Shown here: in pieces, positions 12,268 through 25,543 of the stretch
Layout: every line of letters starts with the position of its first letter
How positions within the stretch are numbered: position 1 is the stretch's first letter
Assembly: GCF_902459465.1 (NCBI RefSeq)
Contig: NC_047068.1
Span: forward strand, 434,001 to 498,000
Direction of reading: 5' to 3'
Source: Asterias rubens
Taxonomy: Eukaryota
Length of the DNA: 64,000 nt
Position numbers and translations under genes: made by a program
Notes under the pieces: generated by a model
Databases searched by the model: none
Seen by the model: only the letters and a program-made list of their open reading frames with translations
What the model was told of the DNA's origin: nothing

Positions 12268-15200
12268 CTCTGCTTTGATCACCAATTTGGTTTTTCCGTT
12301 AAAAAAAACCCATGAAATTTCAATAGTGAGTTTTATCGTAGGCCTATGTTGAATATTTTGTAATGTGTTATGATTTTATTATAAAACAATTTAGTTAAAC
12401 TACCCCTTTAATAGTCGCTGCCTTGAAACAAGATCAAGTGAAAAGGCCCCAAGTTCAAAATGCACCTCTTTTCTTTAGCCTCCGCAGAAAGCACAATATA
12501 TAGGTTTCCTGTTTACTTATTTCTTATTGGTGGGTTGCATACAAGAGGCTCGGGTTTTTAGGGTTGAAATTTAATCCGACTCCGGTATAGTTTGCCTTGA
12601 GATCACAAAAGCCGAAGTAGCAGAGAACATGTAGAATCAAAAAGATTGTGAATTTCTGAATTTTTTTTCGTTTGGTTGTATGTATTTCAACAAAAGAGGC
12701 GCCACTTTTGCGTACCACAAACGTTTTGTTTAAAATAAAATAGCATTTATTTTGTGCCTGAATACTTAATTTGTACTTATTTCGCAATATTGCTCGAGTG
12801 ATCTGCCTAATGTGCCGCTAAAACCCCCAGAATATAATCTAAAGTGGTCGAACATCCTAAAACCACTTTGTAAAAAAGATGGCTTCCGTTTCTGCGGTTA
12901 TGTTTGTATATTCTTGATTGCTTGTAAACTATAGGTCAACAAAAAACCAAGGGCTCGTATGATACATCTTGTAGATGACTCAAAAGATTGGTACCAAAAG
13001 AAGGAATCATCAAAACGAACAAAGGACGAAGGTTAGGACAAAAGAGTTTTCTCAGTTTTACAGCAGTTTCTTTAATTATATTTTTTCTCTGAACGAATTT
13101 TGAGAAAACAAAAATGCTATTTCGAAATGAAAAACGGGCAACTGCTTTCGCATAATGCCTAACCCGTATTTACTATCTGTAATTATTAAAATTATTATTT
13201 GTTTCATAAGTTCAAGCCCAAAAGTTCATAATTATGCAGCACACAATCTCCAAGTCGCGAAAATTATATTTAACGTCTCCCAAATCACTGCTGCTTATTT
13301 CTGACACAGTAACCGAAATAAGCCAGTACAAAATTTTAAAAATCCCAAAACACACATCGTTTTTGTTAGTCTTGCAAAAACATCGTACACACCAACCAGT
13401 TTGATTATTTTTTTCGTATTTTGGTTGGGTGCTTTGAATTGAATTGAATTGAATGACGTGTTTATTGGAAACGGGAGGGAAGATAAGAATTGAGTCAAAT
13501 ATCATCAACCCCTCAATGCACGTAGATAAGGTACCGGTTTAGAACACACCTCGCCTATAAAGGCCTCTTAAAAGGTATGCAAATAACAACCCCTTGCCTG
13601 ATTTATCTGATTTATCTAGGTTTTTATTGAAATCAACTTTGACAACGTGGTCTTTTTCCAAGAACAAACTTTTCAACATGATTCCATTTTTTTATGAAGG
13701 AAAACCCCCCATTAAATATTGATTTTCTTTCTTATCCCAAATATTTATGCAAGCAAATCCCAGTGAGCTGGTTGACTTATGAAATGTTTTCATATTTTGC
13801 TTGAACTCCGGGGTAACCGATAGACTGGCGGATAACAGGTGATTTCTCCCGGGGCAGTCGAGGTGGCCAACGGTAGGGTAGACACTCAACCGTTACGGAA
13901 GAACCATGCAGTCTGAACATGACGCAGTGCTCAAAGACGGCGTGTGACACCAAAAAAAAGGCCCCAAAAGGTAAACACTTTGCCCGGTATTTTGTTTTTC
14001 TTAAAACTTAGAAGGGACTCTAAAATATCTATAGCTTCTTTTACGTAGGTTGTGCCGATGCAAGGATGTATTATTTACAAAATAAAGTAATAAACTACTA
14101 CAGGGAAACTAACTGTGTTAATTGGTAAAAGTATAAAAAAATAAACCCATGAAAAATACAACAACAGTTATTTATCTATATATACATTTGCATTATACTA
14201 AAGGACTGTTTTAGATTATTAACGGATATTTGCTAAATGGATTTAACTATAGCATAGAGTAAGGACAGAGACTCTATTGCTCTATGACTATAGTAACTTT
14301 ACGAGATCTAGGCGCTGTCTGAGGGTGTGTGTGTGTGTGGGTGTGTGTGGGGGGGGGGTCAACCTCAAATTTAGTCTGCGCATCGCCTGGCCGGCCATGA
14401 GCGCATGTGTTAACGACTCTGCAAAGGCCAGAACATGGCACTTCTTGAAATGTTTCCAGAGTTCGTTTGACAGTATTCCTGCCACATTTTTGGAGACTCC
14501 AGTGTGAAAAACAAACTTCTCACATCATGAGCTACATTTGCCTTATGGGTTCTGTAAAATGTCACTCCGATTCTATCTACAATTTCCATAGGATACAAGG
14601 TGTCTGAACATCGGACTGTTTGCAACACCTTAAAACAGGAGAGGGATAAAAACAAGGCTTGACCTGATTTCCGAATTGTCCCTATGTATAACCATGGACG
14701 CTGGAAAGTGTGCTGCATTAGTTTGGTCTTTATCCGTTCCCTGTATGTTATATTGTAGGGGCAAATATTAAAGGCGTAGTGCAGTGCATTATAGGTTTTT
14801 CAAAAAAATGACGAGGCATTAGCTCATGTTTGTATCCACTGGTTGAATTTGTATGATAATGACTATTACAGTTGGATTCCACTGACGAGATGAACCCAAA
14901 GTGAGAACTATTGTTTGAAGCTTTGCACGGTGTATATAAGAAACTATAACAAATAGTAAACTTGCAGATACAACTATTGCAAAGTTCGACTGAGGCACTA
15001 TAGTCGACCATTGGTTGATTTTGCCTGGTACCCAGGATGTATTGAACGCATAGGTAACCATGGAACATTGACCAGTGGTTGACAAATGGTCGCCACCCGA
15101 ACTTGCTCTATGGTACAACTAGGTGTAAATCTCTTTTGCGGGTTGGCTCTTAAAAGAGCCAGTGTGGTCTCGATGTTTTGAACAGTATAACCTGCTTGTC

Positions 15201-16784
15201 AGGAGACTTAACGAATAATGACATTCTATTCAACAACCCGACGATGAATACATTTAAGAACCCGACGTGAAACGGGTGCTTGGTCTTTATCTTTCCTTTA
15301 ACATACAGCAATCACCTGCGATCAGACCATCGGGCCACAAACTTATTGGGAAGTTATTAATTGCCTCTCCATTAAGAGATCCAACGAAATATAGAGCAAG
15401 TCCCAAATGCCACAACTTCAAATCTTCAAGTGCAGGACTTCCCCTCACGTCCAGAACTAAAATAAAAATTGGAGGCGTAATTTCTCCACAAACGGTAATT
15501 TATAAACGGAGCCCACTCCACACGCACAACCCTAAACGGAATTCACATTATAGACTTTCAATAATGAAAGAAGCAATTTCTGGCAGGGGATAGTTATGTG
15601 TTTATAGAGTTAGCTCATATTCTTGATGAGATAAATGACTTTGTATTCCTAAAGTGATCGTTAATGGTCCGAGACAAAATTTGATATCCATGGCCCAATT
15701 CACCTGGTGACGTCATCACCGCTTAGGCCATTTTCGGAGTCGGGGTAAAAACACAAGTAAAAGAATGGCTATGGTGAACATTCCTCTTTCAGAAAGAGAT
15801 AAAAAAAAAACACCACAAAACAATTAATTGAACCAAGAAAGGCGGACAACAGCGGAGTAACCAGACGTTTTCATGGGGAGGAGGGAGGGGACGACAAGCG
15901 GGCAAAGACGTAATTTGGGTTTGCAGTGATACATCTTTTCGATCTCATTTGGGCAGGGTTATAAGGGTTTTTAGTTGAGGGGTGGGGCATCCAGCACTGC
16001 CCCTCTTTATGTATGACGGGTGAACACGTAAAATAGGAGCTAACTCCCGTTAATCAAGTCGGAGTAAACCTTGATTTAATAACATATAAAATGGCGTGAA
16101 TAAAGATCTCATAATCATAACACAGTCCCAAGGGGGTAGACATGACGTATTGTTATTGACGGCAACCGACGACAGAATTATGCCCGCCATTTTTAATGTT
16201 TCGTTGCACCTGAATCCCATACAATCAATCTAATAATAACAGCACTGCCAGTCGACGCTTCAATCCCCACCATAAATCTGATCCTTATCGACTAAAAAAC
16301 GCTGGTTACGGCGACTTATGTTCCTAGGGGAGAATGTCGCTGCGGAGTGATATAGACGTAAGTTCAAGCCGTCTGCTGATGATATTGTATTGTGTTTTTT
16401 TGTTTCCTTTTCCACCTAAAATGTAATAAAATGTTGGAATTTTGATTTGATCGTCTCCTGCGAAGCGAATCTTTACCACACGAGGTGAAGACGCCAGCAG
16501 AAATGTGAAATTATGCACTATGGCACTAAGTTCACGCCTTTTCAAAAACTGAACATCGGGACCTAGGAGAAAATTTTATATGGCGTGGATGATGTGGTTA
16601 TTTTCACAGCAATCTAGGCATATGCGGTAGTAGAACCATGGACAGAGTCCTGAAATGGTAAAGCAAAACCAGATCATTGATCATTGAAGCTCACTTCGTC
16701 CAACCAGCAAGCCATTTCAGAATTTGTTCTGTTTCTTCAAACTCAAATAACCATTACCCTGAGTTTTGACATCATTTCATTTCG

Positions 16785-17036
16785 TTGCACTCTCTAAATG
16801 TAAAAGAGTGAAAAACACCACTCTTTACATTTCGAGTTGTCCCTCATATGGCTCTTTAAAAAGAGTGGTGGTTATTTCACTCTTTTAGAGGAGTTTCACT
16901 CCAGGACAGAGTGAAAAATCACTCAAAAAGATGCAAACTTCAATCTAAAAGAAAGGAAGACCACTCGAAAAAGAGTTGTCCCTCATTCGGCTCTTCAAAG
17001 AGTGCCTTTTCACTCTTTTGCATTTAGATAGCACCC
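16785..17036. mobile_element. MITE with reiterated AGAGTG/CACTCT motifs, possibly CACTA/EnSpm-like
   Basis: Imperfect TIR CACTCTCTAAATGTAAAAGAGTGAAAA / TTTTCACTCTTTTGCATTTAGATAG; internal direct repeat gagttgtccctcat..ggctctt. Confidence 0.5.
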
Positions 17037-18274
17037 CGTACAACCGTGTGCCACTGGAGTGCGCATAATCAGTGAATATTGTAATCAAAATTAACTCGAA
17101 AACCCAAAACACTAATACTGGAGTCAACATCAAACAACACAAATAATATACGCAAGGACAAAGTACTTTTCAACTTCCCACAAATTTCCTTTAAAAGTAC
17201 AGCGTTCTCCTCTATAGGTTTCGCGGTGATAGCTGCCGGCGCTTCGGACTTCCACCGTGACGAGAGAGGAAGTCGACCGGGAGATCCTCCCAATTTCCTC
17301 GGGGCGTTTTCTGGTTAGCATACCCAGCCTCCCTCGGTACCTTCCTCCATAATCCATGATGGTGGAATCTATCTACCATGAAACCGCTATGGAGGTGTCC
17401 TTTTGTTACCAAAGCCCAAATTACTACAGTGAGAGTCAAGTCGTGATTCTTTTTCGAAACAGACACCGTTTCTGAATTGGGTCGGTTAAAAACGTAATCG
17501 ATAAGAAAATCTGACCAATTTTGTTGTATAGGGCGAGATTCTGTGTCAGTTAATTGCATGAACAGTCAGGGAACACGACATAGGTGAATAGACCGTGATG
17601 CGGCCATCTTGTTTTCCTTCCATTCAACTTTAATGTAAAACTGAGTCGAGGAAAGTATAGCCTGAATCCATGAGTGACAATTCTCAAAGGTCCGTTTTCG
17701 ACTCCCCCCGCCCCCGTCGACTTCGGCTATGAGGATATTGTGCCGTTCACCTTCCGATGGTTCTTGCCGATGCAACATAAGAGGGACCGGTTTTCTGCGT
17801 CCACGTGGTTGCTGGACGTAAGACGGAGACTCAGCCCTTGCTGAAGCCATAACACAAGCCCCTGTGCCGAAGACCGCGGCTTTGGCTCCAGGCTCCGTCT
17901 GTGTCTTATTGAAGCTCCGATACCAAGAGCGTACGTTTAAAGGAAATTTACTCACGAAATCCCGAGTAGAAGCCTTGATTCGCAAAGCCCGTAAGTAAGG
18001 CCAATATTGGTCAGGGTACAGGCCTCCCTTCAGCAACCCAGGGAAACACAGTCCCCCATGTAACCGAATAAAGCTCGCCTCGGGTTAAGATGGATTTACG
18101 TGGATTTTCTCCTCGATACATTATTGAAACTTTCATAGCCAATCCCAGAGGTGGGTGTACACTGTACAAGAGACTTTGACGAGCGCGGTACGTACATGAG
18201 TCAAGGTCAGAGGTCAATATGTCTTTAATCTCTCTGCTGATGATGGACAGTGCCTAGATCTAGACAGTTATTAT

Positions 18275-18450
18275 ACTATTGCAATGCGTTGTGTACCACT
18301 CTGATTATAATGGTTGAATGTAAACCAATATTCTTCAGAAGACGGTCGGAGCACACTGATCGAAACGTCGAGCAGAAACCGGCTCTTCTCAGAGCTACCA
18401 CTACCCACAAAGACAAGATTTACTATACGTGATGTCAGCCGGCTTTCTCA
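18275..18450 (+). mobile_element. Penelope-like element end (pseudo-LTR) with degenerate hammerhead motif
   Basis: CAGAAGA-C-GGTCGG-AGCACA-CTGATC-GAAACGTC at 18336-18369, the CTGANGA..stem..GAAACGT pattern typical of PLE termini. Confidence 0.55.
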
Positions 18451-18499
18451 ACATTGTTCACTTTTTGCCAACTTGCATATCACTGACGTACTACCGACA

Positions 18500-18612
18500 A
18501 CACTAGTGCGTTGAGCACTATAGGCCTACTCATCATTTCCCAAGTCATGTGAACAATAAAAATCCACTGGCAAATAACTCGGGCGAGGTTCGAATCCACA
18601 ACCTTTGCCTGA
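18500..18612 (-). mobile_element. Probable fragment of another tRNA-derived SINE
   Basis: Minus strand ggttgtggattcgaacctcgcccgagttatttgccagtggattttt: T-arm-like sequence followed by a body unrelated to the DeuSINE. Only a fragment. Confidence 0.35.
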
Positions 18613-20259
18613 AGAACTAATGTTCCTGGCTCAAACTCAGAAAGGGCTTATTATAGTTACTGGTAGTGGTACTTGTGTTTTTAGTTTACAATTTCGAGCA
18701 AATCACCACCCACCCCCACCACGCCCCTTAAGAGTCCCCACACGCTTATGCCCAACTACTAATGTGCAGAGGAAAATATTATTTTTTTCTAGGCAATTAT
18801 TCCGGCCATTAATTATTTAATGCAAAACTCACAGCAAGATTCCCTCTCAAAATCCACACTTTGAAAGTTTTCCTGGATAAATAAGTCAAACTTATTCAAC
18901 GCTGGGGCTGGTTTTTTTTCTCGAAAAGTCAGATCTTTAAATCAATACATTAATGGAACGAACATACATTGGCCAGGTTTGCGAACAAGCCACAACAACT
19001 GATGAAAAAAAAACTCACTAGTATCAGAAGTCAGAATGGAATAAACAGATGAAGAAATTGTGGAAGAAAAGAAGTGGTATAAAGTGAGAGCCGCGGGTGG
19101 GGAGCGAAAATGGTCCTAGTTTCTATTAAGTGCCGAATCCCGTGATAATTTAGCCGTTTTTATTATGTCCGGTCACGGTGCGAGATCCCAGTTGCACCCC
19201 TACTGCTTCCCCCTAAACTTTCAATTCGGGTTTAATTTCTGTCAGTTGTAGTTCTACGCTAACATTAATTTCCGAATTTGATTTGTAGGCAGTGCTACAC
19301 CCCCATGCTGTGCCTGGGTATACATTGGTATACAGGTATTGTGAAAGCTAAGAAGCCTTTGCACAGTAGGAACACTTTCCAACCAAGTGTTTTGGGGGAT
19401 CGTTTTTCCTACTAATGCGATTGCCAGATTTGTTAATATTTGTCATTGTGAGGGTTTATTTATTTCTTCGTTGTTTGGTTTAAAAAATCAGCACAAATAA
19501 GGCGGAATTGGGTATAAATTATAATATCAAGGGATGCTGTTTAATAACCGGATGCGATTTGGCACTAATAGGCTTCAAGGGAGTCTGCTTCCCCGCCAGG
19601 ATAAACGTAAAAACAGAAAGTTACCTAAACTGGAACATTGTTCTAAAGAAATAAAGCGAACCATAAATTCAGGCCACATAGAGTTTTCGAAACAGAGATC
19701 ACCTTTTTCACATGATCTGTTGGTCTAGCATTTTGGACAAGTTCGAAATTTAATACTAGAATATTCTGGTATAATGAAGGGTAGAATTGGGTAATGAGGT
19801 ATTAGTCGTAAGGATTTCAATATCAAGTTTGCACAGTCTAGAGCTTACCTGAACGGGATTCCTGGTCGGAATATTTCTTCTGCACTGAGAAATCGTCACT
19901 GTCGTGCTGCTTTCCAATTGAGATTGTTGTCCTTGTTCTAAAAATAGATTAAAAAAAGTGAATTTTGTTAAACACAAAAACCAGGAACACAAATTTGAGG
20001 ATCTAAATTCTAAACATCAGAAAAACATTGCTTCCCGGTCACAGGGACCAGACTAATTTCTGGGGATGACCCGGATTACGTGTTGAAATTACTCCAAACT
20101 GTGCTTATAAAACTGCTTGGCAAATGTTGGAAAAACTTTATAAGCTGACATCTGGACTTAAATATCTATAGTGGGAAAGTTGATAGAAAATGGATAGCGG
20201 GAAAACGGGTTATGAAAATTACTGGTTATTGAAACACTGGAAGGGAACATCTGTTTTAA

Positions 20260-20626
20260 AGGGAAGGTACATGTTTGGTAATTATTCAAAACAAATATTC
20301 ATTTAAAAACTGACTTGGTAATGAGCATTAAAGAGCTGTTGATAGTATAAAACATTGTGAGAAACGGCTCCATCTGAAGTAGCATAGATTTTGAGAAAGA
20401 GGTAACTACTCACTAAAATAATAAAAGACTTCTAGCTAGAAGTCTTTTATTCCTATCGTAAAGCACACAAATTCGTCCAACAAGGGTGTTTTTTTCTCCT
20501 CATTTTCTCGCAACTTCGATGACCAATTTAGCTCAATTTTTTCTTAGCTTGTTACTTTATGCTTATGTTGGGATACACCAAGTGAGAAGACTGGTATTTG
20601 ACAATAAACAAACGTGTACCTTCCCT
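20260..20626 (+). mobile_element. Kolobok-like MITE family A (P2 subfamily, AGGGAAGG ends)
   Basis: TTAA at 20256 and 20627; TIR AGGGAAGGTACA(C/T)GTTTG at both ends; palindrome 20420-20451 identical to 1516-1547. Confidence 0.9.
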
Positions 20627-22800
20627 TTAACTGGGGGTAAATTGGTCAGGAAAAAAAAGATGACCAATATTTACACAATGAAAATCGTCACATCGGCATT
20701 CAAGATATGCAGCTCAGATGGTCAAGATGCAAGCAGCGCCTCTCTGTGAGGAATGAAGACACTCAGAGACCGACTGACCGAATTCCTGGTGAAGATCACA
20801 AATCCATTGAACACTGGTATCTTTATACGGTACAATACTAAGAAATTGTCATGGTTTGATAATGACCACTGCAGAAATTTTGACGTATATTCCATACATA
20901 TACTCCGGAAATACAGATATGTGTATTATTATTAATTAGGCCATGTCCGAATTGGTGGCTTCGGGCTTTGCTACCAATGGCCACAAGTATAGAAAAGGCC
21001 TATATTTCGAAGTTTCTGCTTGATCTTGTTCTTTCTTGGTCTTTTTTGATACTCCACCAAAATTAAGACATTCAGAAAAAAGGGCGAACGAGGGAGAAGA
21101 AAAGAAATCGTCCCAAGCCCAAGGTTCACCGCCCACAACCATGAGCTTCGATGTCCTACATGTCATCAAGATTCCATTCTAGACCGTACTACACCAAGCC
21201 TTAGTAGCGAGCCCCCGTTAATGAAGAGACGGGGCCGGGCCGACCGTGACTCCAGGGCAGACCGGGGGCCGTCGATGATCGATTCTGACTGACGTATCCT
21301 CCCACGGGCACCCATTCTGTCACTCCGGTAATTACACCCTTTGCTTGTAGCACTGGTATTATATTCAGTCGATACTATATTGAAAATATGAGTGACAGGA
21401 GGGGTATTAAATGAAGTTATACGAAGAAATCGATATTGGAGATGAGGGTTTTGGTTTGGTGAGTTGAGTAGGTCTTTAAAACATAAATCGAATAGAATAC
21501 TAAACAAATATCAAGTTAACATAATCGATACAACATTTTATAATTTGGGCATTATAATCAATACTGGAGTTTAAAGCACAAATTTGCCCTAATACTCGAC
21601 AATTTGAGTCTTGCTGTATAGAAAGAGTGAGTTGAACATATAATTGTCATTAATTATTAATTCAAGAGCTATTTAATTTATGATTCCTGGAAAATTAAAT
21701 CTATTCACACAAAATAACATTTCTGCAGTTTTGGTTCATTTTTGCCTTTAAGTCGTCCAAGCATTGGGAGAAATGAATGGAGTGAATTGGATGGGGTGCA
21801 TATAAGACAGTCTCTAAACAAAACAAATGGGAAAATAAAGAGAGTTCCCAATTATCTGATTCGGCAGACATAATTGGGTTTTACTTATCGTTGAAACGGA
21901 GGACTTTATAACAAAAGGGGGTCTGGGTGTTCCGACGGAGCGAATATGTCCTTGCTTCGCTTTCGTGTAAAGAACCACTGGGAAAATCTCTCTCAAACAA
22001 TGGGAAGTATCTAAACAATGTGATAACACAGAGTATTCCTCGATTTCAGGGGTTAACAAATATAAAACTTTGGTTTGTGTGTCTGTGTGGGCATGTCTAC
22101 TATTGATAACCGATGACTTTAACAAAAGGGATCCGGGAAAAAGTCACACCGGGGACAGTCCTCGGTAGATTTTGTGTACAAAACCAATGGGGATGTCCAA
22201 ACAATGGGAGAACAAAGAGAAGTCCTCGGTCTCTCGGGGTGTGTGTGTGTGTGTGCACATGAGGATTTGGATGGGGTTGATAAGAAATACATTTACTACA
22301 ACAAAATCGCAACCAAAATGCATTGTATCTTGACAGGTATCTTGTGTTTGCTTAGCAGATTATGCACACTGCTCAGAACTTACATCGAACCAACATGACA
22401 ATTACGTCTAGTACTAATAATCTGCACTCGAAAGAGCATGGGTGTATTTAGTTCAACGGCCGGTAGGGTAAAATGTGACTGTTGGAGCCTTCCACACAGA
22501 GAAATCTCACGGGATCCAAGTCCACAAATCACGGGAGAGAAAGTTATAGACTTTCCCAAAGGATCCCAGATCACAGTAAAAAACTATTTCATTAAAATAG
22601 CGGCTGTAATTGCTGAAGAAAGCCAATTAATTATCGGCATTGATATAGAGCGTTAGAAAGAGCGTGTGGCGAGTTGGTCAATGTTTTTACGGCTCCGAGT
22701 GGGGAAACCTTCGACCGTCACGCCGCTAGTGCTGAGTTACAAGATGTCGTTGTGGAACTTGCCCGGCGCCAGTCTACCTGCGGTGGTTACAGGTCTTTAA

Positions 22801-22850
22801 AGGCACTGGACAACTTTGGAATAATTACTAAAACATAATTGTTGGAGCGA
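22801..22850 (+). mobile_element. Isolated left end of family A MITE
   Basis: TTAA|AGGCACTGGACAACTTTGGAATAATTACTAAAACATAATT. Confidence 0.5.
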
Positions 22851-22943
22851 AGAGCTAATAGTGCACACCAGACAAAATACCATGTCACTTGTACAATGTG
22901 ACCGGCGCATCCTGCATATTTTGGTTTAGCAGAAAATGTTTAA

Positions 22944-23321
22944 AGGCAGTGGACACCATTGGTAATTACTCAAAATAATTATTGGCATAAAACCTTTCTT
23001 GGTGACGAGTAATGGGGAGAGGTAGATGGTATAAAACATTGTGAGAAACGGCTCCCTCTGAAGTGCCATAGTTTTCGAGAAAGAAGTAATTTTCCACGAA
23101 TTTGATTTCGAGACCTCAAGTTTAGAACTTGAGGTCTCGAAATCAACCATCTAAACGCACACAACTTCGTGTTGCAATGGTTATTTTTCTTTCATTATTA
23201 TCTCGCAACTTCGATGACCGATTGAGCTCAGATTTTCACAGGTTTGTTGTTTTATGCATATGTTGAGATACACCAATTGTATTCGCTAGTCTTTGACAAT
23301 TACCAATAGTGCCCACTGCCT
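22944..23321 (+). mobile_element. Kolobok-like MITE family A (P1), full length
   Basis: TTAA at 22940 and 23322; AGGCAGTGGACACCATTGGTAATT TIR. Shares diagnostic variants with the 50631 copy. Confidence 0.92.
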
Positions 23322-23343
23322 TTAAGCAATATTTTCTGCTTAA

Positions 23344-24087
23344 AGGCATTGACACTATTGATGATATTGAAAATTTTGCATAAAACTTACTTGGTAACGA
23401 GCAATGGACAGTGTCAAACATTGTGGGAAACGGCTCCCTCTGAAGTTAAAGTTTTTGAGAAAGAGGTATAATTTCTCACTCAAATGTTTAAAGACTCCAC
23501 ACCTGAAGCCTTTTATTACTATTAGGCATGTGATAGATTGTGCAACAAGGGTGTTTTTCTTTCATTCTCTTGCAACTTTGATGACCAAATTTAGTCAAAA
23601 TGTTCACAGATTTGTTATTTGGGAGTGTCGTGTCCGAGCGATTAAGAGAACCGAATTCAAACTCCGGTGTTTCTGATCAGCAGAAAGTGGGTTCGAATCC
23701 CCAGCCGTGACACTTGTGTCCTTAAGCAAGACACATAACCATTGCTTCGTCCTTCGGATGGGACGTAAAGCCGTTGGTCCCATGTGTTGTGTAAACGCAT
23801 GTACAAGAACCCAGTGCACTTATCGAAAAGAGAAGGGGTTCGCCCCGGTGTTCCTGGCTGGATTGGCAGCATATTGCGCCACAGCACCTTGTAAACCAAT
23901 GGTGCTTTAAAAGGATTAGGTCTTATATCTCAAAATTCGCCCCACTCCTTGCAGTAATAATACCTGGCGCTTTGTATCCTTTGGCAAAAGGCGCGTTATA
24001 AATACGGTTATTATTATTGATGCAAATGTTGGGATACACCAAGTTAGCATACTGGTCCTTGACAATTACCAACGGTGTCCAGCGCCT
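23344..24087 (+). mobile_element. Family A MITE interrupted by a SINE at 23621-24018
   Basis: TTAA at 23340 and 24088. Consensus tttgttattt|atgca..atgttgggatacacc is split by the SINE. Confidence 0.85.
23621..24018 (+). mobile_element. tRNA-derived SINE with Deu-like core and L2-type (TTA)n tail (DeuSINE)
   Basis: A box GTGTCCGAGCGATTAAG, B box GGTTCGAATCC (23690), tRNA-Leu(CAA)-like head with variable-arm hairpin. Core CTTCGGATGGGACGTAAAGCCG..GGTCCC..AAGAGAAGGGGTTCGCCCCGGTGTTCCTGGC resembles the AmnSINE1 Deu domain as I recall it. Tail ggcgcgttataaatacggttattattatt. Confidence 0.8.
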
Positions 24088-24325
24088 TTAAGAGAAAAAA
24101 CCCTCAGCCTTTTATGATTTGTCCCGCTTAGAAGAAAACCTATTAAACGTCTGAGTCTTTACCAGTGGAAAGCGATTTATGAGCTTTACGTGATGGGGGG
24201 AACGGTGGAACCACTCGCTTGAAATACGAAACTATAGAAAGAGATTAAACTCCAAAAAGGGGATCAGTCATAAGGGTTCCGTGGATCAACTCGATTAACT
24301 TAAGCAACCGGTTAATAGAGCTTAA

Positions 24326-24701
24326 AGGCAGTGGACACTATTGGCAATTACTCAAAATAATTATTAGCATAAAACCTTACTTTGGTAACGAGTAATAGGG
24401 AGAGGTTGATAGTATAAAACATTGTGAGAAACGGCTCCCTCTGAAGTGGAGTAGTTTTCGAGGAAGAAGTAATTTTCCACGAATTTAATTTCGAGACCTC
24501 AAGTTTAGAATTTGAGGTCGCGAAATCAAGCATCTGAATGCACAACTCCGTGTGACAAGGGTGTTTTTTCTTTCACTATTATCTCGCAACTTCGACGACC
24601 AATTGAGCTCAAATTTTCACAGGCTTGTTATTTTATGCATATGTTGAGATACACCAATTGAGAAGACTGGTCTTTGACAATGACCATTAGTGTCCATGTC
24701 T
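24326..24701 (+). mobile_element. Kolobok-like MITE family A (P1), full length
   Basis: TTAA at 24322 and 24702, TIRs, central hairpin. Confidence 0.92.
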
Positions 24702-24907
24702 TTAAGTGATTTTGTTATATGCAAAATGATGTCAAAATAGTCAAAGTTTTAAATGAATATTTTCATAAAATAAACTATTTTTGTATAAGCATACATGAAT
24801 GATTTAGTTAATGTATCAGGAATAATGAAGTTCATTTTAAGTGGTGCCATGATTGGTGATGTATTAACCACCACAATGGCAAGAGGAGCAGACCTGTGAG
24901 GACATGA

Positions 24908-25023
24908 GCAATATGAGACTTTGGAACGCTAGGTGGCAGCAGACTTTCTGAGCATGCGCACATTACCAAGAACAATTGATTTTACCAATGCTGCCACCAA
25001 GCGTCCTAAAAGTCCCATATTGC
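24908..25023. mobile_element. 116-bp MITE whose arms contain CTCF-like motifs
   Basis: ~33-bp inverted arms GCAATATG(A/G)GACTTT..ACGCT(A/T)GGTGGCAGCA; TSD not resolved. Confidence 0.65.
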
Positions 25024-25158
25024 ATGCTGGACTGTGACATTTAGAAATCCATTTAACCGGTGGAAGCCGTTTGCATAACATTGATCAGGAAAATATAAAC
25101 CCATTATTAAACGGTAGCAGGGTCTACTTCATCAAGTTTGTAAAGTAATGAACTTTAA

Positions 25159-25320
25159 AGGCAGTGGACACTATTGGTAATTACTCAACAGGCTAATGAC
25201 CATAAAAACCTACTTTGTATTGAGCACAGGAGGGCTGTTAATACTATTAAACATTACGAGAAACACCTCCCTAGTTTTAAGTAAAGAGGTCATTTTCAAC
25301 CCCAAATTTGAATCTGAGCC
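25159..25320 (+). mobile_element. 5' half of a decayed family A MITE
   Basis: TTAA|AGGCAGTGGACACTATTGGTAATTACTC followed by diverged body. Confidence 0.7.
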
Positions 25321-25543
25321 AGGCTTCATTAACAAATTCATTAACGACTGACAAATTAAAGGTCTGGGCTCTCAGTTCACACCTCCCGTCAAGGTAGCTG
25401 TGGCCGTGACGTGACCGTGGCGTGACCGTGACGTGAACTCATAACAAGGCTAAATTCCGATTTCAATGCAACCGCTGCAGGTAACACAATATCAAAACCG
25501 TGTTTATAAGAGTGATCAAACGGGCAGAAGTTAAGGTTTTTAA

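Noticed and set aside
6420-21510. Other GC-balanced islands (6.4-7.2, 7.7-8.2, 14.3-15.5, 20.9-21.5 kb) as genes
   Set aside because: Only short, stop-interrupted frames without family motifs; possibly ancient TE debris but nothing assignable.
23621-23710. Possible tRNA-Leu gene (also 32810-32897)
   Set aside because: Acceptor stem and anticodon arm are imperfect, there is no T-run terminator, and the sequence continues into a SINE core and tail.
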